A stretch of DNA of 62,504 nt, filler included, from 4 parts of 4 records of this genome joined end to end with filler, not necessarily neighbours in it; one strand, 5' to 3'; shown: positions 20,470 to 31,700, numbered from the whole stretch's first letter. A program made the numbers and translations. The notes: generated from the sequence alone by a model not told the origin.

Positions 20470-20958
20470 ATGAACGACACCTCTAATACACCAATTTGCT
20501 GCATTAACAGACATGAATCCATAGGAAGGGATGTTTCCCATCTTTTCAGGTCGATAAATATCTACCTTTCAAAAGAGCTGGAACCATATGGCATAGGTAG
20601 TGGCCAGTTTCCATTTTTCATGCGCTTACTACATCACGAAGGTGTCAGTCAGGAATCCCTTGCCAGCATGCTGAGATATGACAGGGCAACTATCACCCGT
20701 TCAGTGAACAAGCTTGAGGAAATGGGTTATGTCTCAAGGAAAAGAGACCCCAATGATAAGCGTGCGTATTGTGTTTTCCTCACCGACAAAGGACGTGAGA
20801 TGGGGCCTGCATTATTCAGTATCAGCACAAAGCTCAACAATGTGCTTCTCAGGGGTTTCAGTGAGGAAGAAAAAGCTATGTTTATCTCCCTCATTGCAAA
20901 GGCAGCCATGAACATTTCAGAAGAGAACGAAATGAAGAAGGTTTCAAATGACCGATAA
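20470..20958 (+). CDS. MarR family transcriptional regulator
   Basis: SQESLA...DRATITRSVNKLEEMGYVSRKRDPNDKR...LTDKG. Confidence 0.93.
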   Translation: MNDTSNTPICCINRHESIGRDVSHLFRSINIYLSKELEPYGIGSGQFPFFMRLLHHEGVSQESLASMLRYDRATITRSVNKLEEMGYVSRKRDPNDKRAYCVFLTDKGREMGPALFSISTKLNNVLLRGFSEEEKAMFISLIAKAAMNISEENEMKKVSNDR

Positions 20959-22116
20959 AAACGGTAAAGATCCCGGCATAGGTTTCAGACCAGGGAAGAC
21001 CACCACCGGGATGAATGCTCTGCTGGGTGACCCAAAAAAGGCTATGATTAAACTGGCACTGCCAATGATGCTTGGTATGTCGGTTCAGACCCTGTATAAT
21101 CTCGTGGACACTTTCTGGGTCTCGGGTCTTGGTGCAGATCCACTTGCAGCCGTAGGGTTTGTTTTCCCGTTCTTTTTTGTGATCATTGCGCTCTCAAATG
21201 GTCTTGGTGTGGGCGCCGGTTCCGCCATATCCAGAAGACTTGGTTCCGGAGATAAAGTGGGTGCCGATAATGTTGCAGTCCATAGTATGATCCTGATGCT
21301 GTTGCTGGCGGCAGCTTTCACAATTCCTCTTTACATATTTGCCGAGCCTATTTTCGTACTAATTGGTGCAGGTAAGACTGCTGGCATGGCAACTGCCTAT
21401 GGTCGCATTATCTTTGGTGGCAGTATTCTTTTGTTTTTCACCAATGTCGCAAATGCCATCCTTAGAAGTGAGGGAGATACCAAAAGAGCTATGAATGCAC
21501 TGATATTCGGTTCTGTTCTGAATATCATTCTTGACCCGATTTTTATCTATCATCTTGACATGGGTGTTTCAGGTGCTGCATGGGCTACTGTATTGTCAAT
21601 GGGTGTGACCTCAGTTATGATGGCCAGCTGGTTGTTCTTTAAGAAAGATACTTACCTGGCCTTTGATTTCAAGGATTTCATGTTTGGAACAGATATTCTC
21701 AGGGACATCTTCAAGGTAGGAATTCCTGCTGCAGTGCAGCAGACATCTATGGCATTGATGATGCTTGTGATGAATATTATTATAATAGCTGCTAGTGATA
21801 CAGATGGTGTGGCTGTTTACACTGTTGGATGGCGTGTTGTCACCATTGCAGTTGCACCTCTGATCGGTGTTTCAACGGCAGTGGTAACTATGGCAGGTTT
21901 CGCATATGGTGAGGGTTCATATGACAAAGTATCCTTCTCCCACATATATTCCATGAAGGTTGGTGTTCTCGTAGAGGCTGGCATTGCTATTCTGACCTTC
22001 GTCTTTGCTCCACAGATAGCTGCAGTATTCACACTTTCGGAAAGTGCAGCTCACATCACAGATGACCTTATAGTTTTCCTCAGGATCATTTGTATATTCT
22101 ACCCTATGGTCTCACT
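20948..22116 (+). CDS. MATE family efflux transporter (truncated by contig end)
   Basis: LALPMMLGM, YNLVDTFWVSGLG and LNIILDPIFIY...GVSGAAWAT. Confidence 0.93.
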
Positions 22117-22216
22117 NNNNNNNNNNNNNNNNNNNNNNNNNNNNNNNNNNNNNNNNNNNNTTAATTAATTAANNNNNNNNNNNNNNNNNNNNNNNNNNNN
22201 NNNNNNNNNNNNNNNN
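22117..22216. other. Artificial contig spacer (44N-TTAATTAATTAA-44N)
   Basis: Identical 100-bp structure occurs three times; the linker has stops in all six frames. Confidence 0.98.
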
Positions 22217-22489
22217 CGATGCCCTCTGCTGTTCCGCTATTGAATCGCGCTGCCGGGCAAAGTAGTTATCGGCCCGGTATTCAATGGGTGTGCCGTCATA
22301 ATACCCGAATATAAGTCTGTTGTTGCTGGTGGTCAGACTTCCGATTGCCGGAGCTCCAATAAAGGTAACGGTGATTAGAACAAGTATGACAATACTTCCT
22401 ATGTACATACCTCTATTCTTGGAATGCTTTTTTTCTTTCTGCTTCTCATCAATAAGGTGAAGGTTGTTTTTGTTGCTCTTAGATGCCAT
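22217..22489 (-). CDS. N-terminal fragment of a SurA-N/PpiD-like membrane-anchored chaperone (spirochaete type)
   Basis: Basic N-terminus, one TM helix (YIGSIVILVLITVTFIG), then LIFGYYDGTPIEY; cut by the gap. Confidence 0.55.
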
Positions 22490-22686
22490 GGATAATCCTT
22501 TTGCACTGAATAAGGTCACCGGAAAATGCTCAGCGGAGACCTTTAATTGCCCAACTTTATCATGAGTTGAGGGGAGTGTCAAAGGGGTTCTCAGCCGGTT
22601 TTTAAAGGCTTCGTTTATTGGAGATTTCTCGTGAAAATCTGAAATTCAGAGGCTGAAAAAATTTTGAAAAATAATTTACAACATAG

Positions 22687-22715
22687 TTGACAATAATTTT
22701 TAAACAGTATATCTT
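22687..22715 (+). promoter_or_regulatory. Sigma70-type promoter of tRNA-Asp
   Basis: TTGACA-17 bp-TATCTT, 12 bp before the tRNA. Confidence 0.75.
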
Positions 22716-22727
22716 CATCATCACAAA

Positions 22728-22801
22728 GGGGGCGTGGCGAAGCTGGTTATCGCACCGGCCTGTCAAGCCGGGGACCGCGGGTTCGAGTCCCGTCGCTCCC
22801 G
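22728..22801 (+). tRNA. tRNA-Asp (GTC)
   Basis: Acceptor GGGGGCG/CGCTCCC, anticodon arm CCGGC-CTGTCAA-GCCGG, T-loop GTTCGAG; CCA not encoded. Confidence 0.95.
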
Positions 22802-22837
22802 AAGTCCCGGAAGACTTGTTCTTTCGGGACTTTTTTT
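22802..22837 (+). terminator. Intrinsic terminator after tRNA-Asp
   Basis: AAGTCCCGGAAG...CTTTCGGGACTT followed by a T-run. Confidence 0.7.
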
Positions 22838-22870
22838 ATAATATTGAAACGGGTAGTGATACCTGTTTTA

Positions 22871-22943
22871 CGGGCTGTAGCGCAGGGGCTAGCGCGCGCC
22901 GTTCGGGACGGTGAGGCCGGAGGTTCAAATCCTCTCAGCCCGA
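22871..22943 (+). tRNA. tRNA-Pro (CGG)
   Basis: Acceptor CGGGCTG/CAGCCCG-A, anticodon arm CGCCG-TTCGGGA-CGGTG, T-loop GTTCAAA. Confidence 0.93.
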
Positions 22944-23345
22944 TTACTCTTTTCAGTTTGCAAATCAACTTGCAGCTTTTTATTGTAAATCATAACTTAT
23001 ATACGCATATAGAGGATTTGAACCGGAACAGCGGCTTCGAATACTTGGAGAAGCAAATGCACAGGACGTGCATTTAGCTGTGTAGGCGGCCTGAATGGAG
23101 TAAGCAGGATGCTAACGACTGGAAGGCAAATCCTCTCAGCCCGATTAACCCATTCTCTTTGAGTTGCAACTTGCAGCTCTCAATAAGCATTTCAAAACTT
23201 TAAAAGCAAAAGAGGATTTGAACTGGAACGGCGGCGTCGAATACTTGGAGACGTAGATGCACAGGACGTGCATCTAGCTATGGAAGAGGGCTTGGAAGGA
23301 GACGGCACGACGCCGTCGACAGGAAAGCAAATCCTCTCAGCCCGA
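22926..23345 (+). repeat. tRNA-Pro-linked ~201-bp tandem repeat (two units) bounded by three copies of the tRNA 3' end CAAATCCTCTCAGCCCGA
   Basis: 18-mer at 22926, 23127 and 23328. The units share AGAGGATTTGAAC, TCGAATACTTGGAGA and ATGCACAGGACGTGCAT. Confidence 0.9.
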
Positions 23346-23769
23346 ATACTCTTTTTTTTAAATTAAAGATAAAGACTGATTTTAAATAGAAATATACACA
23401 TCTTAATTTAAGAAGTAGGAACCGGTCTAATCGCTATCAGCCTCTCGATTTTTTGATTTTTAAATCTATTAATCAAGATTTTTTTAGAGAACTTTGTAAA
23501 CTGACTTATGCTCAATCGCATATATAATGATAAATGAATGTATAAAATTTAATAAGTTTAAAAAATCTGCGATAAAAAAACACATTGCAGAGATAATTTC
23601 TGGCTTTAGATATTTAAATGCATATGATGTAAAAAAATAAATATTTCATGCAATTTGGTGTGCTTAAATTGACTCATAAAAAATAATCAACTATTACCTC
23701 TTGCCGGTTCTTGGATGTCATGTTATGTTCTTAAATCTGTAAAATATAAGTAAACAAGGAATGTTATAT

Positions 23770-24525
23770 ATGAAGAAAGGTTCTCTTTTAATAGCTATTG
23801 TCTGTTTATCATTGAATGCCTATGCTGCTGATACTCAGGTCTTGAATGTTTCCGACGGTGTTGTACAGATTGAAGGGAATCTGGAAGTAAATGGAAATAT
23901 TGACGCGGAAGGTCTTATATCCGACATCATGGGTTTGGTTATTCCGACGGGTACCATCATGCCTTACGCAGGAGCTTCTGCTCCGGATGGTTGGAAGATC
24001 TGCGATGGTTCAGAACTGAATCGTATTGAAGATAAAAAATTATACAATGTTATCGGAACCTTATATGGCAGCGGTAATGACGTGGATACCTTCAACATTC
24101 CCGATCTTCAGGGCGTTTTTCTGAGAGGGGCCGGACAAAACACCACCATGAAGAAGGCCAATGACGAGTTCTATGACGGGGGAACTGTCGGGCAGAGGAA
24201 TAACGATATGTTTCAGGATCATAAACATGAGATTGATCATGATCACCCTTCAGTACGAACTTCAACCAATGGAAACCATAGCCACGGAATTCATCCGGTA
24301 ATGGCTCACTCAGGTGGCGGCCCTGATGGAAATGGTAAAAATGGTTCCGGTGCTGTTGTTAGCAGTACTGCTCCTGCTGGAAATCATAACCATACAGTTA
24401 ATCTGCCCAATCTTGAAGCGGATTCATCAGATGCATCCGTCGCAACGGAGGATGACGGCACCCCCAGGAACGGCGATGAAACCGCTCCCGCCAGTGTCTC
24501 CGTCAACTACATAATCAAATTGTAA
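23770..24525 (+). CDS. Secreted phage tail-collar domain (fibre-like) protein
   Basis: Signal peptide MKKGSLLIAIVCLSLNAYA; collar motif IPTGTIMPYAG..APDGWKICDG...FNIPDLQGVFLRG; H-x-H repeats; C-terminal ETAPASVSVNYIIKL. Alternative start at 23761. Confidence 0.85.
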   Translation: MKKGSLLIAIVCLSLNAYAADTQVLNVSDGVVQIEGNLEVNGNIDAEGLISDIMGLVIPTGTIMPYAGASAPDGWKICDGSELNRIEDKKLYNVIGTLYGSGNDVDTFNIPDLQGVFLRGAGQNTTMKKANDEFYDGGTVGQRNNDMFQDHKHEIDHDHPSVRTSTNGNHSHGIHPVMAHSGGGPDGNGKNGSGAVVSSTAPAGNHNHTVNLPNLEADSSDASVATEDDGTPRNGDETAPASVSVNYIIKL

Positions 24526-24530
24526 ATAGC

Positions 24531-24571
24531 CGGAACCGAACCTTCCGTTTGCCAGGGAAGGTCCGGGTCCG
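24531..24571 (+). other. Intergenic GC-rich stem-loop without a long U-tract
   Basis: CGGAACCGAACCTTCC / GGAAGGTCCGGGTCCG imperfect inverted repeat directly after the fibre gene stop. Confidence 0.55.
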
Positions 24572-24621
24572 TTTATCAAATTCCGCTTACTCCCTGAGTA
24601 TCATTTGATGAGGAATCTCTT

Positions 24622-25692
24622 ATGAAAAAAACCGGACTCTACGTTCTTTGTACAGCACTTGCTCTATCATTCTTCGCATGCTCCAATCCCTCTGGAACAT
24701 CATCTTCTGACGATCTGGAATACGACGAATCTCAGCTGAGGGCGCCCAGCTCAGTATCCGCTTCGTTTTCAGATAACACAATCCGCGTCGTATGGTCCGA
24801 GGTGTCCGCTGCCGAAGAGTACAAGGTCTATCGTAAGGAAGATGTCGGCTCGTTCCAGTTTGTAGAGTCCACAAGCTCATTGGTCTTCGGAGATTCTGCT
24901 TACTCCAGGGGCAGCACCGTTCAGTATGCGGTCACATCGGTGTCGGAGGGGATGGAATCCCCTCTTTCGACAGCCTCTAATAGTCTGAGCGAATGGGTGC
25001 GGGATATTGAGGTCTCCACCATGGAGCACAGCAATAAGATAAGCCTCAGCTGGAGCGGGCAGGATGAGGCGGATGAGTATATCGTTTACAGGGCCCCTTC
25101 CAAGACCTCCGGCTCCGTTGAAATCGCCCGTTTTTCAAGCGGCGATAAACTGGTGGGGTATGACGACAGCTCAGCCGATATCGCCGTGGATACGCCCTAT
25201 TACTATCAGGTCCGCTGGAAAAAGGGGGAGGTCGAATACGGTTCCACCAGTCCCCTGTATCTGGGGCTCTTCTCTACGACCGTTGATTTGGGCGAGCCTG
25301 AGAATGATGATATTAAAACCCTAAGCGGGGACAGTTATGTGGAGATCCCTTCCCAGCCTCCCATCCTCTACTCCATAGGCGACAAGGTCGGCGGTGTGGA
25401 GTCTGATGTGGATTGGTACAAGTACGAGGCGAGAAAGGGCGATGCCGTTACCGTAACGGTGAAAAAGCCCGCCGTCTTCGATGACGGGGAGCTGTTTATT
25501 CAGTTCAGCTACGATAACGCTCTGTCCACTCCCGTCGCCATAAGCGGTAGTGTTCACGAAGAGATATACTCGATTCCCAGCGAGGGCAGTCCCGGAGAGA
25601 ATGCCTCGCTGTTCTTTAAGATTTATCCTGTAACCGGTACGGCGGAAACCCTGATCGGTTCTTACTCCGTATCGATCGGCAATAGCCTCTAG
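24622..25692 (+). CDS. Lipoprotein with two fibronectin type III-like domains and a C-terminal beta domain
   Basis: Lipobox LALSFFA-C; APSSVSAS...VVWSEV..AEEYKVYR...YAVTSV..G.ES; a second LSWS...YIVYR...YYYQV; DVDWYKY. Confidence 0.8.
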   Translation: MKKTGLYVLCTALALSFFACSNPSGTSSSDDLEYDESQLRAPSSVSASFSDNTIRVVWSEVSAAEEYKVYRKEDVGSFQFVESTSSLVFGDSAYSRGSTVQYAVTSVSEGMESPLSTASNSLSEWVRDIEVSTMEHSNKISLSWSGQDEADEYIVYRAPSKTSGSVEIARFSSGDKLVGYDDSSADIAVDTPYYYQVRWKKGEVEYGSTSPLYLGLFSTTVDLGEPENDDIKTLSGDSYVEIPSQPPILYSIGDKVGGVESDVDWYKYEARKGDAVTVTVKKPAVFDDGELFIQFSYDNALSTPVAISGSVHEEIYSIPSEGSPGENASLFFKIYPVTGTAETLIGSYSVSIGNSL

Positions 25693-25709
25693 TTCCAAAG
25701 GAAAACACC

Positions 25710-28700
25710 ATGCGCAAGTCCAAATCCCTAATCTTTTTTTCTGCTCTGATCCTGCTGTCCGCATCTTTGTTTGCGAAACCCGTGGTTACGGCTCAGCTGG
25801 AGGATATATCCTATGACGTCGGCGATATCATAAGCCTGAAGATCAATGTCGATGACAATCCCGGTATCAAGGGATTGTTTTTCGATCTGAGCTATGACAG
25901 TCGTAAGTTGTCGTTCATGGATCTTACCGAGGGCTTGCTGCTTCACCGTGTCCAACAGGAAGACAAGCTGATGTATGCCCACACCGACGGACAGACGGCG
26001 AAGAGCCTGGGCGGACATGTCATCGTCTCCTGGTTTCTCCAGGAGAAGGGCGATAAGACCCGGGAAGAGGGCACCTTCGCGCTGCTCAGGTTCAGGGTAA
26101 AGGAACGGGGGTTGTCAAGCGATACCTTCCGGTTCCGCTTTCAGGAGAGGAATATCTTTGATGCGCATAATAAGATACTGAGCTCCTCAATCTGGAATGA
26201 TTCGGATGAATTCCTTCTGTACCGGACCGGCGAGAGCCGATTCGTCGAGATCGTGACTCCCAGGAACAACGGCGTGGTGTCTTCCGATAGGATTGAAGTG
26301 GATGCCCTTTACAGCGGAGGAACCGGCTTTACGGTAGTCGCCGCGAATAAGACGACCGGTTACCAGTCCCAGCCTCTGAATGCTTCTTCCGGCGCTCTGG
26401 AAGATGAGATCGTCCCTTTGACGGAAGGGGCGAACCGGATATGCCTGACCCTGTTTGATGAGAACGGGGCGAGAACGGCTGATGATGAGATCAATGTGAT
26501 CAAATCGGCGGATGACCGCTTTATCAGAATCCTCCAGCCCACGGATCACGCCCTCGTGAACACCAACATGGTGAAGGTCATGGTCTCATCCGCTTTCGCG
26601 GGGCCCGAGGTGAACGGCATGGCCATGGAGGCTCTGGGGCAGAGGGATCCGGATAATGATGAAAACAACCTGTATTTCAGAAACTTCTATCTCAAGGAAG
26701 GATTCAACACCATAACGGCCGTCGTTGAGAACGATGGGGCCATCTATGAGTCTGAGGTGGATATCTACTATCACCGGGATGATTCGGTGTTCCGCTTCGT
26801 TTCTCCCGGTTCCGATGCGGTGGTTAAGATCTCTGATGATGCGAAAATCATGGTAAAGGGCGAGATCAGCTCCAAGATCGATGACGATTACAGAGAAAAT
26901 ACCGTCCATGTCAGCGCCGTCTATTATCCCAGAAACAAGACGAAGAGGAACCTTGTGCTTGCGGATATGGTGCAGGCGTCCATCAGCGAAACCGACATCG
27001 TTTCCAGGGAGTCAAGCTCCGCGTACATGTTCGTACTGGATGAGCCCATCCCTCTGGGGATGCTGGAGTCGGGAACCATCGAGCTGACGGCCTATAAGAA
27101 CAAGCGGGGCAGCTCTGCGGAGCAGGAGGTCCACAGGTCCTTCCATGTGGACAATAACAGGCTGTACATCGATCTGGTACAGCCCAATATTCAGACCAGC
27201 GATATCCTGGATACGAATGATAAGATCAAATATTTTAACAACGGATCCGATCCGGAAGGGTCGGCCATCTCCTTGAACAGTGAGGGCGCCTTCGTATTGG
27301 AGTCTCTGGACACCCGTGCCGACTCGGTGCCCCTGTTTGCCGATGAGACGGTGGACGATCTGATCAGGACGATCAACGGAGACCTGTACGCCCTTGTCAA
27401 TGACGCGAACAGGCTGAAGGTATACAGAAAAGCTTTCGGGGAACAGAACTGGGCCAAGGTTCTGGAGCAGGGGAATCTCCACGGCTACGATCTCTGTGAG
27501 ACCGACCTCGGTATCCTGCTGGGCGTATCCAACCTCTACAGCAATGAGAACTCGGGGCTCTATCTTATCCAGGGGAACAAGCTGGTCAATGTCTCCATCG
27601 GCGAACCTATTCCCCATGTGCAGTTCATCCATGAAGAGGACGGTCTGGTAAGCCTGTACGGCAACGATTACTCCTATCTCTACACCTTCAACGTTTTCTC
27701 TCTCGAGGAATCGGAAGGAGGCTTGAGAGCGGGTATCACGGACAAATACCTGTTCGATACCAACTATTTTATCAGGGATTTCATCCTGAGCTCCGGGGGG
27801 AAAACCGCAGTCATTCAAACCTCCGAGAACGATGTGCGTTTCTTCGCTCAGACAGGCAGCGGGGCGTTCAAGCCTGTTATTTTCAATGGGGGGCAGATAA
27901 CGGATCTGAAGTTCCGCAAGGTGATTGCCGGAGAGTATGAAGACGGGGATTACAATGCCTACCTTTTGATCAGAGAAGGAGAGGACGGCGCCTATGTCGT
28001 TATGGAGCATCGGGAAAACCAGAGGTTCATCCTCAATAAAAACCTGTCTCTGCCCTTCCTTGAGGAGGAAAGCCTCACGGGCGTGGACTTCTTTGGGAAC
28101 CTCTTTTCCTTCGTCAGCTACGATTCCGGCGAGGGCGTCTACAGGCTGAGGCGGAGACAGATTCTGTTCGATAGCCTCTACGGGGATGCCGAAGCCGTTG
28201 ATTTCAAGCCGGCCGGCGGTGACGGAGCCATCTCAAACGACGGGTTAACCCTTTTTCAGGCAGACCACTCCCTCCTTTATGCCGACTACGGCAATGGCGA
28301 AGAGGGACTGTACTCATTGTATACCGAGTTCCCGGCCAAAGGCGATCTGGCGTTTCAATACAACAACGCGGATATGGAGGGGCTCGTCTCCTTCAGCTTC
28401 GAGGTGGAGAGCTCATGGGTGGAGAGCGATCTGCTGAAGCTGGGATTCGCCATCGGCAGGGGATCTGTTTTTGATTTCGGCAGCGGCGAATCCTCTGGCG
28501 ATTCATACGATCTGCTTTCCATAAAGAAACTCCTCGAAGAGGATAAGTCGGAGTACAAGGTCTACCGGGAGATCAGTGAGGCCAATAGCGACTTCGAACT
28601 GATAACCATTGAATTCGACAGGATCCAACGGGATGGAAGAGCCCTCTTCCTCGGCCTCGAGTTCCGACCGGTCGACGGGCTTTCTCCGGAGATCCACAGC

Positions 28701-31700
28701 CTTTCGATCCGCAAAAAGGTTCCCGTCAAGCTGCCCCGCAGCGGCAGCGATGAGATCATTCTTCCCATTCACGGTTACATCTACGATCCTACGGTCAAAA
28801 CGGTAAAGGTCGGGACAAACGGCGAGACGCCGGTTGTCAACGGGACCTTCTCCGATCAATACCGGATCGAAACGGTCAAGGACGAGGTGGACATCACCCT
28901 CCAATGCACGAACGGGGCCTTTGAAACGGCTGAGCTGTCTTTTACGGTCCAGTTGTTCGATTCGGTCAATTCCATAAGCGATATCAGCCTCAGGAAGAGG
29001 AGCGGGGATCCGCTTGCCGCGGCGGAAGGATACAAGTACGAAACCGATGAAGAGGAGCTCCTGGTCTCAGGTCGTTACTCGGGTCTCATTGGAGCCGTTA
29101 CGGGTTATGAGATCAGGCATGCCGAGAGCTATAAGGTTCTCCGCTCCGGCGTATTCGATAACGACGCCTCCATCGCAGACGGAATGGAGAACGGTGAGTT
29201 TTCCGATGAGACGATCCGGCTCTTTCCCGACGAGCAGTTCCTGAATCTGTATGTGGAGAATCCCGGGGGATTGAGGACGATCTATAATCTCCCCGGATTC
29301 GGCAAAAGGCCCTTGGTTAATTTTCACTTGCCCATGGACTCTCAGGAGATACTCCTGAGCAACTATGAAATCCGGGAGGCATCCCTGGCTGATGAGTACC
29401 AGTACGACGGAATCGCTTTTGACAGGGAGCTGGCGCTCACGGTTTACGAGGATCCCTTCAGCAACGTTTTCAAAAAGGATATATCCATACGCGGACAGGT
29501 TCTGAGTAACTACTCCTTTCAGGATCTTAAGGTCAAAAGCTACGACCCCGAGGTCCGTTTCGAAGGAGGAGCCGACGAGATCCTGATACCGGTGGACCCT
29601 CAGGGGCGATTCGAGGTGGATCTGAAGGTGACCCTGCCGGAAGAGATGGAGTCTGATTCCTTCAGACTGGCCTTCGTCCCTACGGCGCCCTTTTTGCAGG
29701 AGCTGAGCCGGGGGCTGACCCTGGCCGCCAGAAAGTCTTTCGCCGGAACCAATGTCGTTCCCGTTTTCGACGGTCTGATGGACGGACCCTCCTGGAGCGA
29801 AAACGAAGTCAACAGTATGAAGAAGCCCGTTCGGGTGCGCATCGACCGCTTCATCCCCCCCGAGGGTACGGGCATGAACCTGATCGTCAACTATGAAACC
29901 GAGGTATCCGGAATCCTTAAGGAAGTGAATCCGGGTTCCGGAATCTACAAGCTTATGAACGGTTATGACGAGGTTTCGCTGAAGGGAGTGAAGCTGGGAA
30001 CCAACAGGCTGCAGTGGTGGATCGTATACGATCATCAGACCGTTTCATCGTCGGCCACTGAGAAGACGGGGATGGACGACTTCCTCTTTACCTTGAGCGG
30101 CGACACATCCTATGCCCCGACGACGATCGATTTCGATGTCAAGATGCAGGAGTACTATGATGAGAATACCCTGCCGTCTTTGAAACTGAATAAGGATGCC
30201 AATACCTATCTTGAAGTATCGCTCAATGAAAAGACCGTTATCAGGGATGAGAAGAGCACGGAGATCGGCCCTCTGGCCCTTTCCGAGTTCGGCCTTATGG
30301 AAGGGAAGAACCGTCTCGCTGTGAACTCACGGTCTTTGAACGGTTCCATGGAGAGCTGGGACTATGAGTTCCTCTATGACAGTGTGGATCCTCTCGCCCA
30401 GATAACGGGATACAGTTACAACGCGGACAGGAGTAAACTGACGAGCCTGAAGGCGCTTGTGACAGACAGCAACCTGGAAGACGCGGTGATCCTCTATACG
30501 ACGGGAGGGAATGAGAGCGAGTATAATGCGGATCCCGTCTACTCCTATCTGGGCGAAGGGCGTTTCGAGGTTTACTGGGATCTAAGCGCCAAGAATCTGA
30601 ATCCCTCTCCTGCGGAGCCTATCAGGATAAAGGCGGTGGATCACAGCGCTTCGGCGGGCTATTCGGCGTATTTCAACGGCCTTTCCGCTTCCATCACCGA
30701 TCCTCCCGAGGTTACGGCGACTCCCATCGACATGACCGAGCTTCAGAAGTATGCCAGCGTCCCCTTCTTTGAAGGAGAGCCGGGGGACGCCCCCTTTGAA
30801 ACAGCCGGCAGGATGAAATTCTACTCTTCCTCTATCGGGATGGAAAACAAAACCGTGGAGGGGGACTATAGGATTATCCGTCCCGATACGGTCCGGCTGA
30901 GCGCTGAGAACAGCCCCTTCACCGTCGGAAGCGAGAACATGGACGGAAACCTTGTTGTTAAGGGGGGAGAAGGAGTCTCCTGTTACCCCGGATTTTCCGT
31001 AAAAGCGGGAAGCACCCTCAAGGTCTTCACCGGTTTGAATCCCGCTGAAAACAAGGTCGCCGCCCCCCTGGAATTCAAGCACGCAGGGGCGCTCGATTCC
31101 ATGAGCATCGCCTTCTATTACCGTTACGAGCAGGAATCCTTCTATGACCGGGACGGCGATTACAAGAGGGTCCTCACATTATTTGATTATGAGTCAAGCG
31201 ACAAAGAGTCGAGGGAAAGCATCTTTCTGGCAACCAGGAATCTGGCAGACGACGGAAGCCGAGTGGGCCTTTACCTTATGAGGGAGATGGGCTCCCGCGG
31301 AAATACGGAAGATCCCTATGATTTGAGCTATACGGAGATCATCGACGGAAGCTCCTTCGAGATCGACCGCAACGGCGTTAAGCAGGGTTGGAATCTGATC
31401 CTGCTTTCCGTGGACAGTCTGACGAAGTCTTTTTCCCTGTCCATGAATTCCATCGCCCCTGTAACGGCCGAGTACTATGATTCTTACATATCGACGGACA
31501 TCGTTCCATCGAATAATATTTTCGAATTTATCCTTTCGGGGCAGGAGACCCATTATTTCGGCGCCCAGAACGGACGGGAGAACGGCCACTATTCCATAGC
31601 CCAACCTTTTTACGCCAACCGCTTGATCACCATCGACGAGGTCCCCGAGCTGGAGAGTACCCTGCCGGCGGACTTTGTGGATCTGGATTCGGATATGAGG

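Noticed and set aside
22161-22172. TTAATTAATTAA palindrome (also at 39969 and 53456)
   Set aside because: Synthetic linker centred in fixed-length N runs; ORF ends that run into it are artefacts.
22687-23077. Short ORFs at 22687, 22747 and 22844
   Set aside because: They overlap the tRNA-Asp and tRNA-Pro genes.
22926-23345. Three 18-bp direct repeats as a CRISPR array
   Set aside because: The repeats are the tRNA 3' end, the intervening ~183-bp segments are homologous to each other, and no cas genes are present.
23127-23345. Additional tRNA genes in the repeat units
   Set aside because: Only the 3' half of the T-arm and the acceptor strand are copied; there is no D-arm, anticodon arm or 5' acceptor strand.
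23770-24525. Prophage inferred from the tail-collar gene next to a tRNA
   Set aside because: No integrase, terminase, capsid or other tail genes on the contig, and the protein has a signal peptide.
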